Source: the human T2T-CHM13v2.0 reference genome, Homo sapiens. From it: a stretch of 64,000 nucleotides of DNA. A program made the position numbers and the translations under genes. Below, one piece after another: positions 1-12,960 of the stretch; positions within the stretch are counted from its first letter, which is position 1; every line of letters begins with the position of its first letter. Location of the stretch: the NCBI RefSeq assembly GCF_009914755.1, contig NC_060944.1; one strand, written 5' to 3'. Under the pieces are notes generated by a model. The model saw only the letters and a list, made by a program, of their open reading frames with translations, had not been told where the DNA came from and did not search any database.

Positions 1-39
1 CCCTTCTATGAAGCGAAGCGCATTCTGCATTCCCCAGAG

Positions 40-327
40 TCACCGAGCTCCTGCTACACACCAGGCATGGTTCTGGGCTCGGGAGACACCAGAGTGAAGA
101 AGCAATCCTGCTCTCATGGAGCTTACACTTCAGTGGGGCAGATGAACAATAAATAAATAATTAAAACAAGTCTGTTGGGGCAGGGAACAGAATGGAGAAG
201 TGTACAGAGTGAAGGGGCGAGAGTAGAGAGAGCAAGGGAGGTGAGTGGAGGTTTGCAATTTAACAGCGACACCAGGAAAGCCCTCACTGGGAAGGTGACA
301 TTTAAGACCTAAAGGAGGTGAAGGGGT
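40..327 (-). mobile_element. L2 fragment (resumes at ~1047-1260 after the MST LTR)
   Basis: CCAGGCATGGTTCTGGG..CTGCTCTCATGGAGCTTACA..AGGAAAGCCCTCACTGGGAAGGTGACATTTAAGACCTAAAGGAGG are typical antisense L2 motifs. Confidence 0.65.
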
Positions 328-1046
328 GCTCTGATTTTACTGTGTCCCCTAAAGCTCATGTGTTGGAAACATAATCCTCAATGCAACAGTGTTAAGAGGG
401 GCACTTTAAAGACATGATCAGGTCATGAGGACTCTGCCTTCATGAATGAATTGACGCTGTTATCACAGGAGTGGGTTACTGACAGAGTGGGTTCCTAGGC
501 CAGGCGTGGTGGCTCACATCTGTAATTTCAGCACTTTGGGAAGCTGAGGCAGGCGGATCACCTGAGGTCAGGAGTTTAAGACCAGCCTGGCCAAACATGG
601 CAAAATTCTGTCTCTACTAAAAATACAAAAATTAGCTGGATGTGGTGTCAGGTGCCTATAATCCCAGGAGGCTGAGGCAGAAGAATCACTTGAACCTGGA
701 AAGTGGAGGTTGCAGTGAGCGAGATTGCACCACTGCATTCCAGCCTGGGCGGCCGAGTGAGACTCTATCTCCAAAAAAAAAAAAGACAAGAAAAGAAAAG
801 AAAGAGAGAGTGCATTCCTAATAAAAGGATGAGTATGACTCCCTTCTTCTCTCTCTTTCTTTCCCAACCCCTTTGTCCTTCCACCTTCTGCCATGGGATG
901 ATGGAGCAAGAAGGCCCTTACCAGATGCAGCCCCCCTGGATTTTGGACTTCCCAGCCTCCAACCCATGAGCCAAAGAAAATTTCCATTCTTTATAAATTA
1001 CCCATTCTGTGGTATAGTGCTATAGCAACACAAAACGTACTTAGCC
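328..1046 (+). mobile_element. MaLR solo LTR (MSTC/MSTD-like), interrupted by an Alu
   Basis: Starts TGCTCTGATTTTACTGTGTCCCCTAAAGCTCATGTGTTGGAAAC and ends TTATAAATTACCCATTCTGTGGTATAGTGCTATAGCAACACAAAACGTACTTAGCCA. Confidence 0.8.
498..803 (+). mobile_element. Alu (AluS-like), full length, with target-site duplication
   Basis: Dimeric Alu with A-rich tail. TSD is GACAGAGTGGGTTCCTA (481-497) / GAGAGAGTGCATTCCTA (804-820). Confidence 0.97.
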
Positions 1047-1647
1047 AGGGATTTATCCAGGCAAAGGCAAGTGCAAAGTCCCTGAGGTGGGCACATCCCT
1101 GGTGTACAGGAGCAATGGCCACCGTGGCTAGGACACGTTCTAGGGGGAGAGTGGTGGGCTTGGAATGGTGAAATCCCTTGCCTCACAAGTAGGGCAGCTG
1201 AGAGCAATATCTTGGGCCTGTCTGACTGTAAAGTGAAGCTTTTAACTGCAAAGGGCCTGACACTCTTTCTAGTGAGGAAAGCCAGAAAGGGTGAGCGTAT
1301 GTTATTACCAGGCATTGCGCCAAACACGTTGGGGAATCACATGGGGGAAGCCCCCACCCTTCTGGGGCTGCTGCTGCCGTAGAGAGGAAGGGAAACTGAG
1401 AAGTCAGCTAAGAGCCTGAGCAGATACTATAAGAATCCATCGTGATTGCTGTTTTCCGTTTCTCTGTGTGTTGGTTGTGGAAGGAGTCTTAGCACGTGTA
1501 CACACAGCATGTGCATTCCTACCTCTGAGTGTGTCTGCCTGAGTGTTTATGGCTGCATAGGGGTCTTGAGTCTGCTGCCCACAAGTTAAACAGTGGTTTA
1601 CTTAGCCCTCCCCAACTGTGTGAATGCAAGTGTGCATGGGCATCTTC

Positions 1648-1752
1648 ATCTTGTCTTTGTGTTTATACATCTCTGTGTTTATACATCCCTTGTCTTTGTG
1701 TTTATACATCCCTTTGTGTTTATACATCGTCTTGTCTTTGTGTTTATACATA
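1648..1752. repeat. Short tandem repeat with core TGTGTTTATACAT, 5 copies, variable spacers
   Basis: Seen directly in the sequence. Confidence 0.9.
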
Positions 1753-1854
1753 CCTGGGAAGGTATCCATGTTCATCAGGAGGCATGTATCCATGTCTGCA
1801 TGTCCAAAATGAGTGTGTGTCATTGTGCATGTGTTTCATGGATCTGCACAGCTG

Positions 1855-2090
1855 TTAAGAGTTCTGTCTCTGTAGCCTGACTCCCTGGGTTGGAATCTAG
1901 GTCTGCCACTTACTGGGTATGACCTTGAGCAAATTACTCAACCCCCTCTCTGCTTCACTTTCCTTATCAGTAAAATGGGCATATTAATAAAACATACCTT
2001 ATAAGGTTGTTGTGAGGATCAAACAAATGAATATATGTGGAATGCTCGGATTGATGCCTGGCACATACTAGGAGCCATGTGTGAGCCGTT
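1855..2090 (+). mobile_element. MIR
   Basis: GACCTTGAGCAAATTACTCAACC..CTGCTTCACTTTCCTTATCAGTAAAATGGG..GTTGTGAGGATCAAAC is the MIR core. Confidence 0.85.
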
Positions 2091-2594
2091 GTGATGTTAG
2101 GGCTCTTTCTGCGTGCATGTGTCTGTCTGGGTCTATCTGGCTGACTGAGCACACTTGCCCCAGCTGATATGCCTCGTAGCATGCAAGTTGGCATGCCTAA
2201 GTTCACACCTTACCTACGTCTCTGTGTGCACAACCTCAGTCTTAGCCCCGCATGTGCAGTGCCCAGCCTCCTCTGCCTGACAAGAGCAAATGTGGCTGGC
2301 TGGGGTGGGGACTGGAGGAAGGGCCAGCAGGAGGGGGCTCCTGCCATGGCCTGGCCAGCTGGACTTTTCACAGCCCAGTGACTTTGTCCCTCTGATCGGC
2401 CAAGTGGCTAGACAGGCAGGCAAAGGAAGTGCCCCTCTTCCAGGCTGTCCCCGGCCTGTGCCATCTCTATCCCTGATCACAGGGATTGGGTTTACACGCC
2501 TGATGCCCCTCGGGATTGGGGGATCCAAGAGAGCAGAGTCAGGCCTGAGCCACCTTTGTGTCCCCACATCATAGCTGTCACTGTTAATGATGGC

Positions 2595-2800
2595 TAACAC
2601 TTACTAAGGACTGGCTGAGAGGCAGGCACTGTATTGGTTCTGTATTGATACATGGTCTAACTTGCCAATCCTCATGCCATTTCCCTGAGATAGGTCCTTC
2701 CATTGTCCCCACTTCATGGGTTTGGAAACTGAGGCACAGAGAAGCGAATTGTTTACTTAACTCACACAGCTGGTAAGTGAAGAGACCAGAATCCAAGCTG
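2595..2800 (-). mobile_element. MIR
   Basis: Antisense core GGAAACTGAGGCACAGAGAAGCGAATTGTTTACTTAACTCACACAGCTGGTAAGT. Confidence 0.8.
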
Positions 2801-3329
2801 ATTAAATACATGTTAAGTGACCCAGCTCATTGAATGAGACACAGAAGAGCCATGTTTGGGATGGAGTGGAAAGATGGAGAACAAGGTGGAGAGTGGTTCT
2901 GGCAGAGGAAGGGGCCAGCTTGGCTCTCTGCAGGGGAGCCCTGGGAATGGGAAGGAAAAAGTGGATGGGGCCAGATGGTAGGGGTCTGGAAGGCCAAGTG
3001 GGGAAGCTTGCATCTGAGCTGGCTCTACTCTTCAGAGACCTGGCCACAGTGAGGTGCCATGGGGACCGGCCACCTGGATCCTTCATTGTGAATAAACTGG
3101 TGAACTGAGCCCAGGTCTCTGGGAGAGCTGGTAGCTAAAGGCAGACTAACAGAACAAAAGCTCTGCTGTCAGTCTGAGGTTGGAATCCCAATGCCCTCAC
3201 CCCCTGGTCACTTCCTACTATGAAACTTCCATTTTCTCATCCAATTCAACTTGTTAAAATGGTTAAAGTCATCCATTATCCCAATGTCTGACATATAGTA
3301 CTCAATAAATGATCATCCACTCTGAAACA

Positions 3330-3615
3330 GGGGCTTTCAAATAATGGTAATAAATAGATTAAAGGATCTAGCAGAAAAGGTAGACAACATACATAAACAG
3401 ATGGGAAGTTTCAGAAGAGAGAAGGAAACTATGAGAAACAAAAGAGAGAGAGAGCTGACTGGAAGTGCTGGAACCAGCAAGAAAAAGATAATATCAAAGA
3501 GGAAGAATTCTGTTGATGGGATTAGCAACAGACTGGACACAGAGGAGGAAAGTGAAACTTAGTGATGGGTCAACAGAAATTCTCCAAACTGAAAAGAGAA
3601 AAGAATGAAAATTCA
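3330..3615 (+). mobile_element. Ancient L1M ORF1-region fragment
   Basis: A-rich stretch translating to a coiled-coil-like peptide (EKVDNIHKQMGSFRREKET...NSVDGISNRLDTEEE) typical of degraded L1M ORF1. Confidence 0.7.
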
Positions 3616-3689
3616 CAACGTAGCTTTCTTAGATTTGTTAAGAGGGTGAAGGCCAGTGTCAGACACATTGGATTAAGTAGTACCATTCC

Positions 3690-4830
3690 TTCAACCATTT
3701 AACAGAAGTACATTGAGCTCCTATTATGCACCAGACAGTGTTTACAGTGCTAGAATCTCAACAGTGATGAAAAGGACAAGGTCCCTGCCCTCAGGGAGCA
3801 CACAACCTAAGGGAAGGATCAGACTCCTAAATAAGTAAAATACATACATAGTATATTAGATGGTGTATTAGTCTGTTCTCATGCTGTTAATAAAGACATA
3901 CCTGAGACTGGGTAATTTATAAAGAAAAGAGGTTTAATTGGCTCACAGTTCCACATGGCTGAGGAGGCCTCACAATCATGGCAGAAGGTGAATGAGGAGA
4001 AAAGTCACGTCTTACATGGCGCAGGCAAGACATCTTGTGTAGGGGAACTCCCCTTTATAAAACCATCAGATCTCATGAGACTTATCACCATCATGAGAAC
4101 AGCACAGGAAAGACCAACCTCCATGATTCAGTTACCTCCTACTGGGTCCCTCCCATGACACATGGAAATTATGGGAGCTACAGTTCACGATGAGATTTGG
4201 GTGGGGACACACCCAAACCATATCAGGTGGTGATGTGTCCTATGGAGAAAAAGCACGGGAGCAGGCCAAGAAGAGTAGATTCAGGGGATGCAATTTTAAA
4301 TAAGGCGGTAGGTCAGGGAAGGCCTCAATAAGAAGGTGACATTTGAGCAAAGACCCAAGGGAGGTAATAGAGGAACCAGGCAAATATTTGGGGGAAGAGC
4401 ATTCCAGGCAAAATGAACAGCTGGTGCAAAGGTCCTGGGGCATAAATGTTCACAGACAGTTATGCCCCAGGGAAAGCCCAGAGGCTGAGGTGGCCAGAGA
4501 GGAATGATCTTGAATGATGGAAAACAAGGTCAGAGAGGAAGGTAAATGGGAGGTGGCCCCCCACCACCCCAGGAGGGAAGCAGATTATCATGTAGGGATT
4601 TTGGCTTCAGCTGTGAGATGGAGGCCTTTGGAGGATTTCCTTCAAAAGAGCCACATGACCTGACTTCTGTTTTAACAGGATTCCTCTGGCTGCTACCTGG
4701 AGAATGGACTGGAGGGGCCCAGGGTGGAAGCAGGGAAGCCAGTGGAGAGTCTGTGGTGACGATCCAGGTGAGATATGGCACCTGGGATGAAGGTGGTAGC
4801 CATAGAGATGATGGCAGCTTTTAGATTTGG
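3690..4830 (-). mobile_element. L2 fragment split by a THE1 LTR
   Basis: Antisense L2 motifs on both sides of 3864-4225, e.g. GGTCAGGGAAGGCCTCAATAAGAAGGTGACATTTGAGCAAAGACC. Confidence 0.75.
3864..4225 (-). mobile_element. THE1 (THE1B/C-like) solo LTR
   Basis: TGTATTAGTCTGTTCTCATGCTGTTAATAAAGACATACCTGAGACTGGGTAATTTATAAAG...CAAACCATATCA, with 5-bp TSD GATGG/GGTGG. Confidence 0.93.
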
Positions 4831-5969
4831 GGTGCATTATGATGGCTATGCTGATGTCAGGAGAGCTCTTATTGTTTTTATATGTGTTGCTGTTATTAGG
4901 GCTAGCCAGGCTCCCACAAACTTTTTTCAAGGAGCCCCAACCCAGACAAGCAGGAGTGAAGCTGCTCACCTGGCCCCACCTGCCAGGGGAATCTTGCTGC
5001 ACTTGTTGGGTAGCTGGTGGCCAAGGTCCATCTCCCCAGAGCCCAGCCCTGTAGGCTCCTCACCCTCCAGGCAGCCCAGGGCAGCTGCAGGCTCAAGGTT
5101 GCTCTGAGCAGCCCCCAGCTCCACAGCTGTAAGGTTCTAGTTGTTGGTTTACTCAGAGGCAGCAGATTCATCTGGAGAATCTGGTCCCTGCAGCCCCAGG
5201 TGCCCTCATCTCACTTCCTAAACATTCATGAGAGGGGAGGCGGGCAACCTCCTCAAGACACCTCGACTCAGATGCCTGATTCCTGCCGCCACTTGTCCAC
5301 AGCACTGCCCCATCTGGCTCCTGCCCTCCACCTGACGGCTGTCATGGGCTCCTGCTGGTACCCCTGCATCCATCCAACCCTTTCCCATCCACCCCACTAA
5401 GAGCAGGAATGGGCCATTCTGAAGAGGGTGACAATGTCACTCAGCGAGTGCTTAAAACTCCACCATAGCTCCCCCTGGCCTGGGATAACATCTAGAACAT
5501 TAATAGTGGCCTTCAAGGCCCTGTGTGATCTGGTCCCACTCTTCATGGCCTTCTTGTCCCCCCACCCCACCACCACAGTACTTGCCAGCTGTAAGAAGCT
5601 GTACCTAAAGCACCCCTGCAGAACTTTGCACAGTTGCTCCTCCAGGTTGCTCTAGCATGGAATCCTCTTCCTGCCCTTCTCTACCTGGCAAACTCCCACT
5701 TCTCTGTCACCTCCAGGGTCACTGCCGTCTTCTCCAGATGGCTGGAACTCACCCCAGGCTAGGCTCCCTGCTGGCTCCCACAGCTCCCTCTGCTCTCCCT
5801 CCTTATTCAGCTGCACTATATTACAAGGATAATGACAACACATTGGCAGGCATGCCCTGCTCCCATTGTCCATGGCAGACATCACTAAACGATCAGGGTG
5901 TTCTTCCCCCCTGAGCCCGGATATGGCCTCAGGAATGCAGCATTCTAGAGCTCATGGTAATCAAAAAGA

Positions 5970-6434
<465 letters not shown>

Positions 6435-6829
6435 AGGAGGCTGGGAGGGGGTGTAGGAAAGGCGGGAGGGGGTGTAGGAAAGGCAGGAGGCGGTGGCAGC
6501 CGGGTTGGCGGGGTGGGGTAGGGGGTGGGGAGGTGGGGAAGGAGGATGGGGTTGGTTATCAGGTTCTCGTCCTGAATGGCTCTGCCTCTGGCTTTCCCTG
6601 TAGCTTGGGCAGATGCCTTCTCTCGGGACCTCAGTTTTCACATCTGTGAAATGTGGCAATAGGGCCAAGTTGTCAGTGACATTCTTCCCAGATGTCTCCC
6701 AAGTGTCAGGGCTGGATTTATAAGCACCTACTCAGTGCCAGGCCCTCTGTGTTGTCCTGGAGAAAGAGATGAATAAGACACTTAACCCTGCCCTCCAGGA
6801 AGCCATGGACTAAAGGTGAAGGGAGTGTG

Positions 6830-6834
6830 GTGTG

Positions 6835-6885
<51 letters not shown>
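6830..6885. repeat. (TG)n microsatellite
   Basis: About 27 TG units with one CG interruption. Confidence 0.98.
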
Positions 6886-6886
<1 letters not shown>

Positions 6887-7409
6887 GCATGTAGGCAACT
6901 GGGGATGAAAAAATCAGTTTTAACCTGTCACCCAGCTGAGGCTCTCTAGGCTACTTGGAGCTTCCTGGAATTTCCTTTGTGTCTAATTGCAATTAGCATT
7001 CTTTCCTGTCTAGTAGATGCAATGTGTCCCTCGGGAGGAAACGCAGAGACCACTGCGGAGATGTTCCAGGAACTGAAACCTTTGCCTTCCCTTTAGACTT
7101 GCCTCCTAACTCCGTCTACATTAACCATATGTCTAATCTCAAGTCAAAAATTCAAGGTTTATAGGGTAGGGGCTAGGCTTGTCAGCATTTCCCAATGATG
7201 TCCTGTCCCACGATAAAACAATTCTGGGGACAATACATTCTGGAAATGCTACATGAAATCTCCCCCTCTTGAAGCTTCACATTACACATTTGCATATAGA
7301 AGAATCTAAGGGAAGCAAAAAAAAAAAAGTTTGTCAAACTTTGCTTAATCCAGTTCTTCAAACTTATTTAACCACATAACTCTTTTTCTCAAAGTTCCTG
7401 TTTGCATCT

Positions 7410-8440
7410 CTGTCAGTTATCATGCTTTAACTTGCATCAGAAACCTCAGTCAAGCTGGTTTATGCAACCGGAAGAGTACATTAGCTTTTGAGACTGAAAG
7501 TCTAGAAAACATAAGGGCCTCAGGTAGAGTTCAATCAAGGCCTCGGCTCCATCTCTTGAGGCTTCCCTTGTGTCTCTATCCCCCCTTCTGTACACTCGTA
7601 AGCTTCATCCTCAGCCTGGTTTACCCCATAAGAACAAAATAGCTGCAGCAGTTCTGGGCATCATATTCAAGTACCCCACTGCACAAAGAAGAGGAGCCTT
7701 CTCTTTTCATTACAGACTGGATGTCCTTGCTGTATTTAGACCATGTACTTATCTCTGAGCCAATCACTGGGCAAGAGAAATAAATGGGCATCAGCCAATG
7801 AGAGCTTACCCCTGGGATGAAATCATAACATCTTCCACAAAGCCTATGACAATGTCTTCCTTCTAGTAACACATATCCCAGTAATCTCAGCTATCCCATC
7901 CCATTCTTTGCTAAGGAAACTGATTTGTGTCCACAGCACTGGTGAGCCACTGATCTCAAAGAGGGTAGGCCCCTAACATGAACTCTGGGGGTGAATCTTG
8001 ATTGGTCCAAAGATCATGGTAACCTTATTTCTCTTCACCAACGATTGGTTCAGAGATGGCCATAGGACTTGGTTCTAGCTAATGAGATGCAAGCATCTCC
8101 TGGGTGGGGCTTCTAGAAAAGCTTTTGTCTTCTGGTGCAAAAAATAGACTTAGATGGCATATTCCTTTGCTCCTTCACCTTTCCTTCTTCTTCATACCTG
8201 GAATGAGGATTTGATACCTGGAGGTGTGGCAGCCATCGTGGGACCAAGAGGCAAAAACTGCAAGAATAAATGCCACAGTCCCAGAGACTGCAGAACAGAA
8301 AAATAGAGCCCAAAGGCTAGACAACATTGTTGGGCAGCTGTGCATAGTCTGGAATGCTATCTCTTGACATCTTATTATGAAAAATTGGATTGGAAATACA
8401 TATTTGTTTGAGCCAAAGACATTCATTACTAACTGACCAA
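7410..8440. mobile_element. Ancient ERVL/MaLR LTR fragments (MLT1J-L / LTR33-like)
   Basis: Motifs CTAGCTAATGAGATGCAAG, GCAGCCATCGTGGGACCAAGAGG and CTCTGAGCCAATCACTGGG. Boundaries approximate. Confidence 0.5.
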
Positions 8441-8819
8441 AGCCAAGTCATTTTTTGTAAAATAGGACTTGTGAGAGCCTTGAGACACAGCCTTGAAGAC
8501 ACAGCTTGAGTATCCTTGAATTCCAGATACTTTCATAAACAAGTTCTGCCCAAAGATGTTATAAGAAAGCAGATTGTCCAAGCTTTGCATCCACCCCAGC
8601 AAAGAGTTGAGTGTTCCCTGTGTGAGAGGGGCACCAGGAGTCATGGAGCGTCAGGCTGGGAGCCCAACAAATCCCATGGCAGAGTGTCCCATGTTGCTTT
8701 GAGGTTTATAGAGGAAGCTATGACAATGCCAACTCAAAAGTACATTCTTGAATTCAGATACTGATTGAGATGCAGCGAAATCTATCCACAGTCTTAAGCT
8801 CATCTCACTCTTCTTATAT

Positions 8820-9285
8820 CCTAGTAATCTTACTTCTGAGCTCTCTTCTGATAAAATAACCCATAATAAGCAGAGAAAAAGCCAGGAACATAATTTTCAT
8901 GACAGTTACATTTACAATATCCTCCTCATCCTGCCCCAGCCCCACCAAAAAAACTGGACAAATCTAAATGTCCTATAACAGAGGAAGGATTTTAAAACTA
9001 TCTGTTCAGTGGAATATTACATGATCATAAAAAATGATGTTTGCAAGTTTATAATATTATAGCACAGGGGAAAAGCCGGCTGTAGCATTATATATATTAT
9101 GTATAATCTCAATTATAGAAAAATTGCATGAGGGAAAAATCAACCATGAAATAAAGACAGTAACATGTTAATAGTGATTATGCTTGGTTACCGTTATTAT
9201 GGGTAATTTGTTGGGGAATTTTTCCTGCTGTTATATATTTTCCATTTTACCTATATGTTCTACTTTTGTAAGCATAAAAAATAAA
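8820..9285 (+). mobile_element. L1ME-like 3' end fragment
   Basis: AT-rich. AACTGGACAAATCTAAATGTCC..GTGGAATATTACATGATCATAAAAAATGATG..ending in ATAAAAAATAAAA. Confidence 0.6.
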
Positions 9286-10580
9286 ACTGGCTCTTCTTTT
9301 AAAAGCTTCCAGGACCCTCCAATTTGTGAGATCATTGCTGTTGTCTCTCCTCCAGTAAAGCAGGTAATCAAGGACTGCCCAGAGCTGGTGACCCCATTCT
9401 GCACCAGGCCAAAATAAAAACAGCTTCCAACTCCAGCATATTTGATTAACAGCTTGAAATTCTTTCAAGAGGCAAAATGAATGGTAGGGAAAGGGGAAGA
9501 TCAACACCCTATTGTTAAATGGTGATGTGAGCTTGCAGGAACTAAAGGCAAAAAGAGGTACACACCATTCCCTGCCTTATGCAAATCGATGCAAATAGGA
9601 CACACTCTCTGGCTAAGCAAGAATTCCAGGTCTGAGCTCCCACCTGGATCCTGGGTCTCACTGAGGAGGGAAGGAAGCAGTGAGAGGAGGGCATAGTGAT
9701 GACCCCATTCATTGAGCACCTACTAAGTGTCCCACTTGCAAAGCATTTTCATGGCCTGGAGCTCGTCTACCACTCATCACCGCTTGTGATGAAGGTAATA
9801 TTATCACCCACTGTTTGAAGGCAAGTCAAGTGGAGCTCAGAGTGGGAAGTGGCCTATGCAACGTCACAGCAGGACCAGCCAACTCCAAAGCCAGTGGTAT
9901 CTGATGACCAGGCTACGCAACCCTGGGATACAAGTGCATATGGTGCCTCTGGTGGGATCTAGGGTCAGTCCTCAGTGTGGAGGAGAGAAGAGATGTATAG
10001 GTTGTCGGGACCACAAAGCATGAAGGTCTGGAACTCCTGGATGCAATGTTAGACATCCAGGTGGAATGCTTGTAAGTCCCAGACAGACTTTGGTCCCCAC
10101 CTGGCCTTTACACTCATTGGGCCTGGAACACGCCCCCTGCAGACACCTACTGGCTCACTATAATTCCCCAGTCAGCTCTCTGCTAAAAGGTTACCTTATC
10201 AGAGGGGCCTCAGCTGACTACTCTACCTAAAAGAGCATCACCTGCTCACCTCTCCCAGCTCCAACATCTCTATCCCCGCCCTGCTTGGTTTCGCATCGTC
10301 GTGCTTGACACCCCTCGACTTACTACATATGTATTCGCTTATTGACAAGAAAGTCCACTCCATGAGGGTAGAGAGTTAACTTTTGGGCTCAGCTCTGTGT
10401 TTCCAACACCTGGTACATACTTGGTTGTTCAAGACATATGTGTCAAATGAATTAATGAATAAATAAGTGAATTTCAACTTCCCCAGAGCCTAGTTACACA
10501 ATCTTGGACAATGACCCAGCAACAATAATAACATAGTTATTAATGATACATCACTCTTTATAACTAACGTTTCTGAGCAC

Positions 10581-10876
10581 TTTTTTTTATGAGACAGGGT
10601 CTCACTCTGTTCCCCAGGCTGGAGAGCAGTGGCATAATCATAGCTCATTGCAGCCTTTGTCTTGGGTTCAAGTGATTCTCCCACCTCAGCCTCCAAGTAA
10701 CTGGGACTACAGGCACACGCCACCATGTGCAGCTAATGTTTTAATTTTTTATTTTTTTTTAGAGACAGGGTCTCACCATGTTGTCCAGGCTGGTCCCGAA
10801 CTCCTGGTCTCAAGCAATCCTCCTGCCTTGGACAGCCAACATGCTGAGATTACAGGCATGAGCCAGGCCCCCAGCC
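10581..10876 (-). mobile_element. Alu (AluJ-like)
   Basis: Antisense dimer GAGACAGGGTCTCACTCTGT...ATGAGCCAGGCCCCCAGCC, flanked by CTGAGCA on both sides. Confidence 0.95.
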
Positions 10877-11198
10877 CTGAGCATATATTTGTACATTCCT
10901 TTCCTCATTTGATCTTCACATCAATCATCTGAAGCAGAGAACGTAATTATCCCCATTAGACAGCTGCAGGGACGAAGGCACTGGGAAGGCAGGTGCTGCC
11001 CAGATCAGAGAGCATCGCTAGCAGAGTCAGGACTTGAATCAAGCATGTCTGATTCTAAAACCTACTTGCCTACCCACCATGTGATGCCCAGGTCAATTCC
11101 ACCCAACAAGAGGGCAGGCACTACATCTGCCTTATTCTTCGCCATATTCCCAGTGCCTGGCACCAGGTGAATTGCCCTTGGAAAAGGATGAGAGAAAT

Positions 11199-11333
11199 CA
11201 GTGGTTCTGGAAGTGTAGCCCCAGGACCAGCAGCAGCAGCAGCACTTGGGAACTTCTTAGAAATGCTGATTCTTGGTTCCCATTGCAGATCTACTGAATC
11301 ATACCAATGCACGCTAGAGTGTGAGAACCACTG
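11199..11333. mobile_element. MER5A-type hAT-Charlie MITE
   Basis: Terminal inverted repeats CAGTGGTTCT...AGAACCACTG with internal TTAGAAATGCTGATTCT. Confidence 0.85.
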
Positions 11334-12809
11334 GGACAAATGGGCGAACGTCCCCAAGCCTGATGCCCCATCCATAAAGCAAGGCTGAGCACCCATGGGA
11401 TCAGAGGGTAAAATGAGAACTTCAGCCAGCGCCAGACCTGCCAGGGGTTTGAGCTATCCTGATTCCTTCCCACAAGCAATTGGAGGACAAATTTTCAGCT
11501 CTAATTTCAGGCCTTTGATTTCGGCCTCATCTGGCCAGGAAGATGCCAGCTTGTCAGAGAGAGTGGGAGGCCAGGAGTGATGGAGCTGGAGCAGGAGAAT
11601 CTATTATTAATTACCATGTAACATTGATTAAGAGCCCACAAGGCACCACAGCTGCGAGGAGCTCAGGAGAGCCTCCGCTCCTGCCTGGAGGGGAAAATGA
11701 TTAGCAACATTATGAAAGGAAATATTCATCCTGTAGCGGCCCTGAGCAAACACCTCCAGGGATGGGGAATTTTCCTCTCCCAGTGATCTTTGCTCCTGGA
11801 GCGGGGGCAGCTGCCTCCGTGGCCTGGGACAGACTTGTCGAGCTAGGAAGGTGGAGAAGCTGACCTCTGACCCATCTGCAGGTGTCAGGTTGACAGGTCA
11901 GAGAGTGCAGCTCTAGGGGGCCAGAGATGCCCAACTTGGGCTCCTGAAAAAGCAGTTTAAGGTGGCAGGATCTTTCTGAATTTTGGAAAGAAAGAGGCAA
12001 TCTGGATTTGGTTTTCAATTCTCCAAATTTTTAAATATGGTTAAGACAGATTCTGGGTTGGCAACTTCTGTAGCTACTCAGCTGCCCTCATCACATTTAA
12101 TCCTTCCAACAACTCCGTCTTTATCTTCTAGATGATGACACTGAGCCTCGAAGTGGTCACTTACATAGCAAGTCAGTGGAGCAGCTGGGATTCAAGCCTA
12201 TATGTGCTTCCTGAACCTCTGCTTTCTCTACTGAATCACTCAGGTATATTGAGGTGCCCTGCCCCTGGTGTTCCAAAGCCACCCAAACAAATTCCAAAAA
12301 GTTTATGACTATTGCCCAATCCAAGCTACATCCCTGCAACAGGATCACACCCAGATGTAACATAAAAACTCCTAGTCAGGCAACATGTATGGATGTGTGA
12401 ATCTGAGCACCTGACCATTCTAATACCCACACTGTGCTCCTCCCAGAAGCTTGAGTGTCAAGGAGCTGGCCCCAACCTCCCAGTGGTCCTGCTTCTGACC
12501 TTTGATCTCACATTTATTTCCAAGAGGATCTAGTGGAATTAACCAGTCACCTCTCCCTTTGCTCCACGGAACTCTATTTTTTTCTGCCACTGACTAGCTG
12601 GGAAGCCTTAAGCAAGTCCCCAGCCTTCTCTGAGATTCAATTTCTCCATATGCCAAAGAGGACTATTTGGATCCAGGGATCAAGCTGCTGGCCTTATTCA
12701 TTCTATGGTCAAGCCACTGACCAAGTCATTCCTAAATTCCAGAGTGAGAACAGAGACTTCATAGGTGATAATGATGATGATGATAAAAATGATACCAAGA
12801 TACTAGTTA

Positions 12810-12960
12810 ACTATTTTTAATGCTACCTAAGTGCCAGGCACTGCGTGTGGATTATCTCTTTTAATCCTCACAGCAACCGTATGAAGAAGGTGGTCTTGGT
12901 AAATGCCATTTCACAGAAGATGAGACTGAGGCTCAGGCAGAAAAATGACTCCAGAGCAGA
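12810..12960 (-). mobile_element. MIR
   Basis: GTGCCAGGCACTG..TTTAATCCTCACAGCAACC..CATTTCACAGAAGATGAGACTGAGGCTCAG. Confidence 0.75.

Noticed and set aside
568-987. Alu-derived ORFs (also 6087, 10648, 24621, 25699, 53213, 59957)
   Set aside because: These are standard Alu translations such as [11 protein letters not shown] and [15 protein letters not shown].
3953-3970. PRDM9 motif position within the THE1 LTR
   Set aside because: It reads CCTCCTCAGCCAT on the minus strand, mismatching two fixed positions of CCNCCNTNNCCNC.
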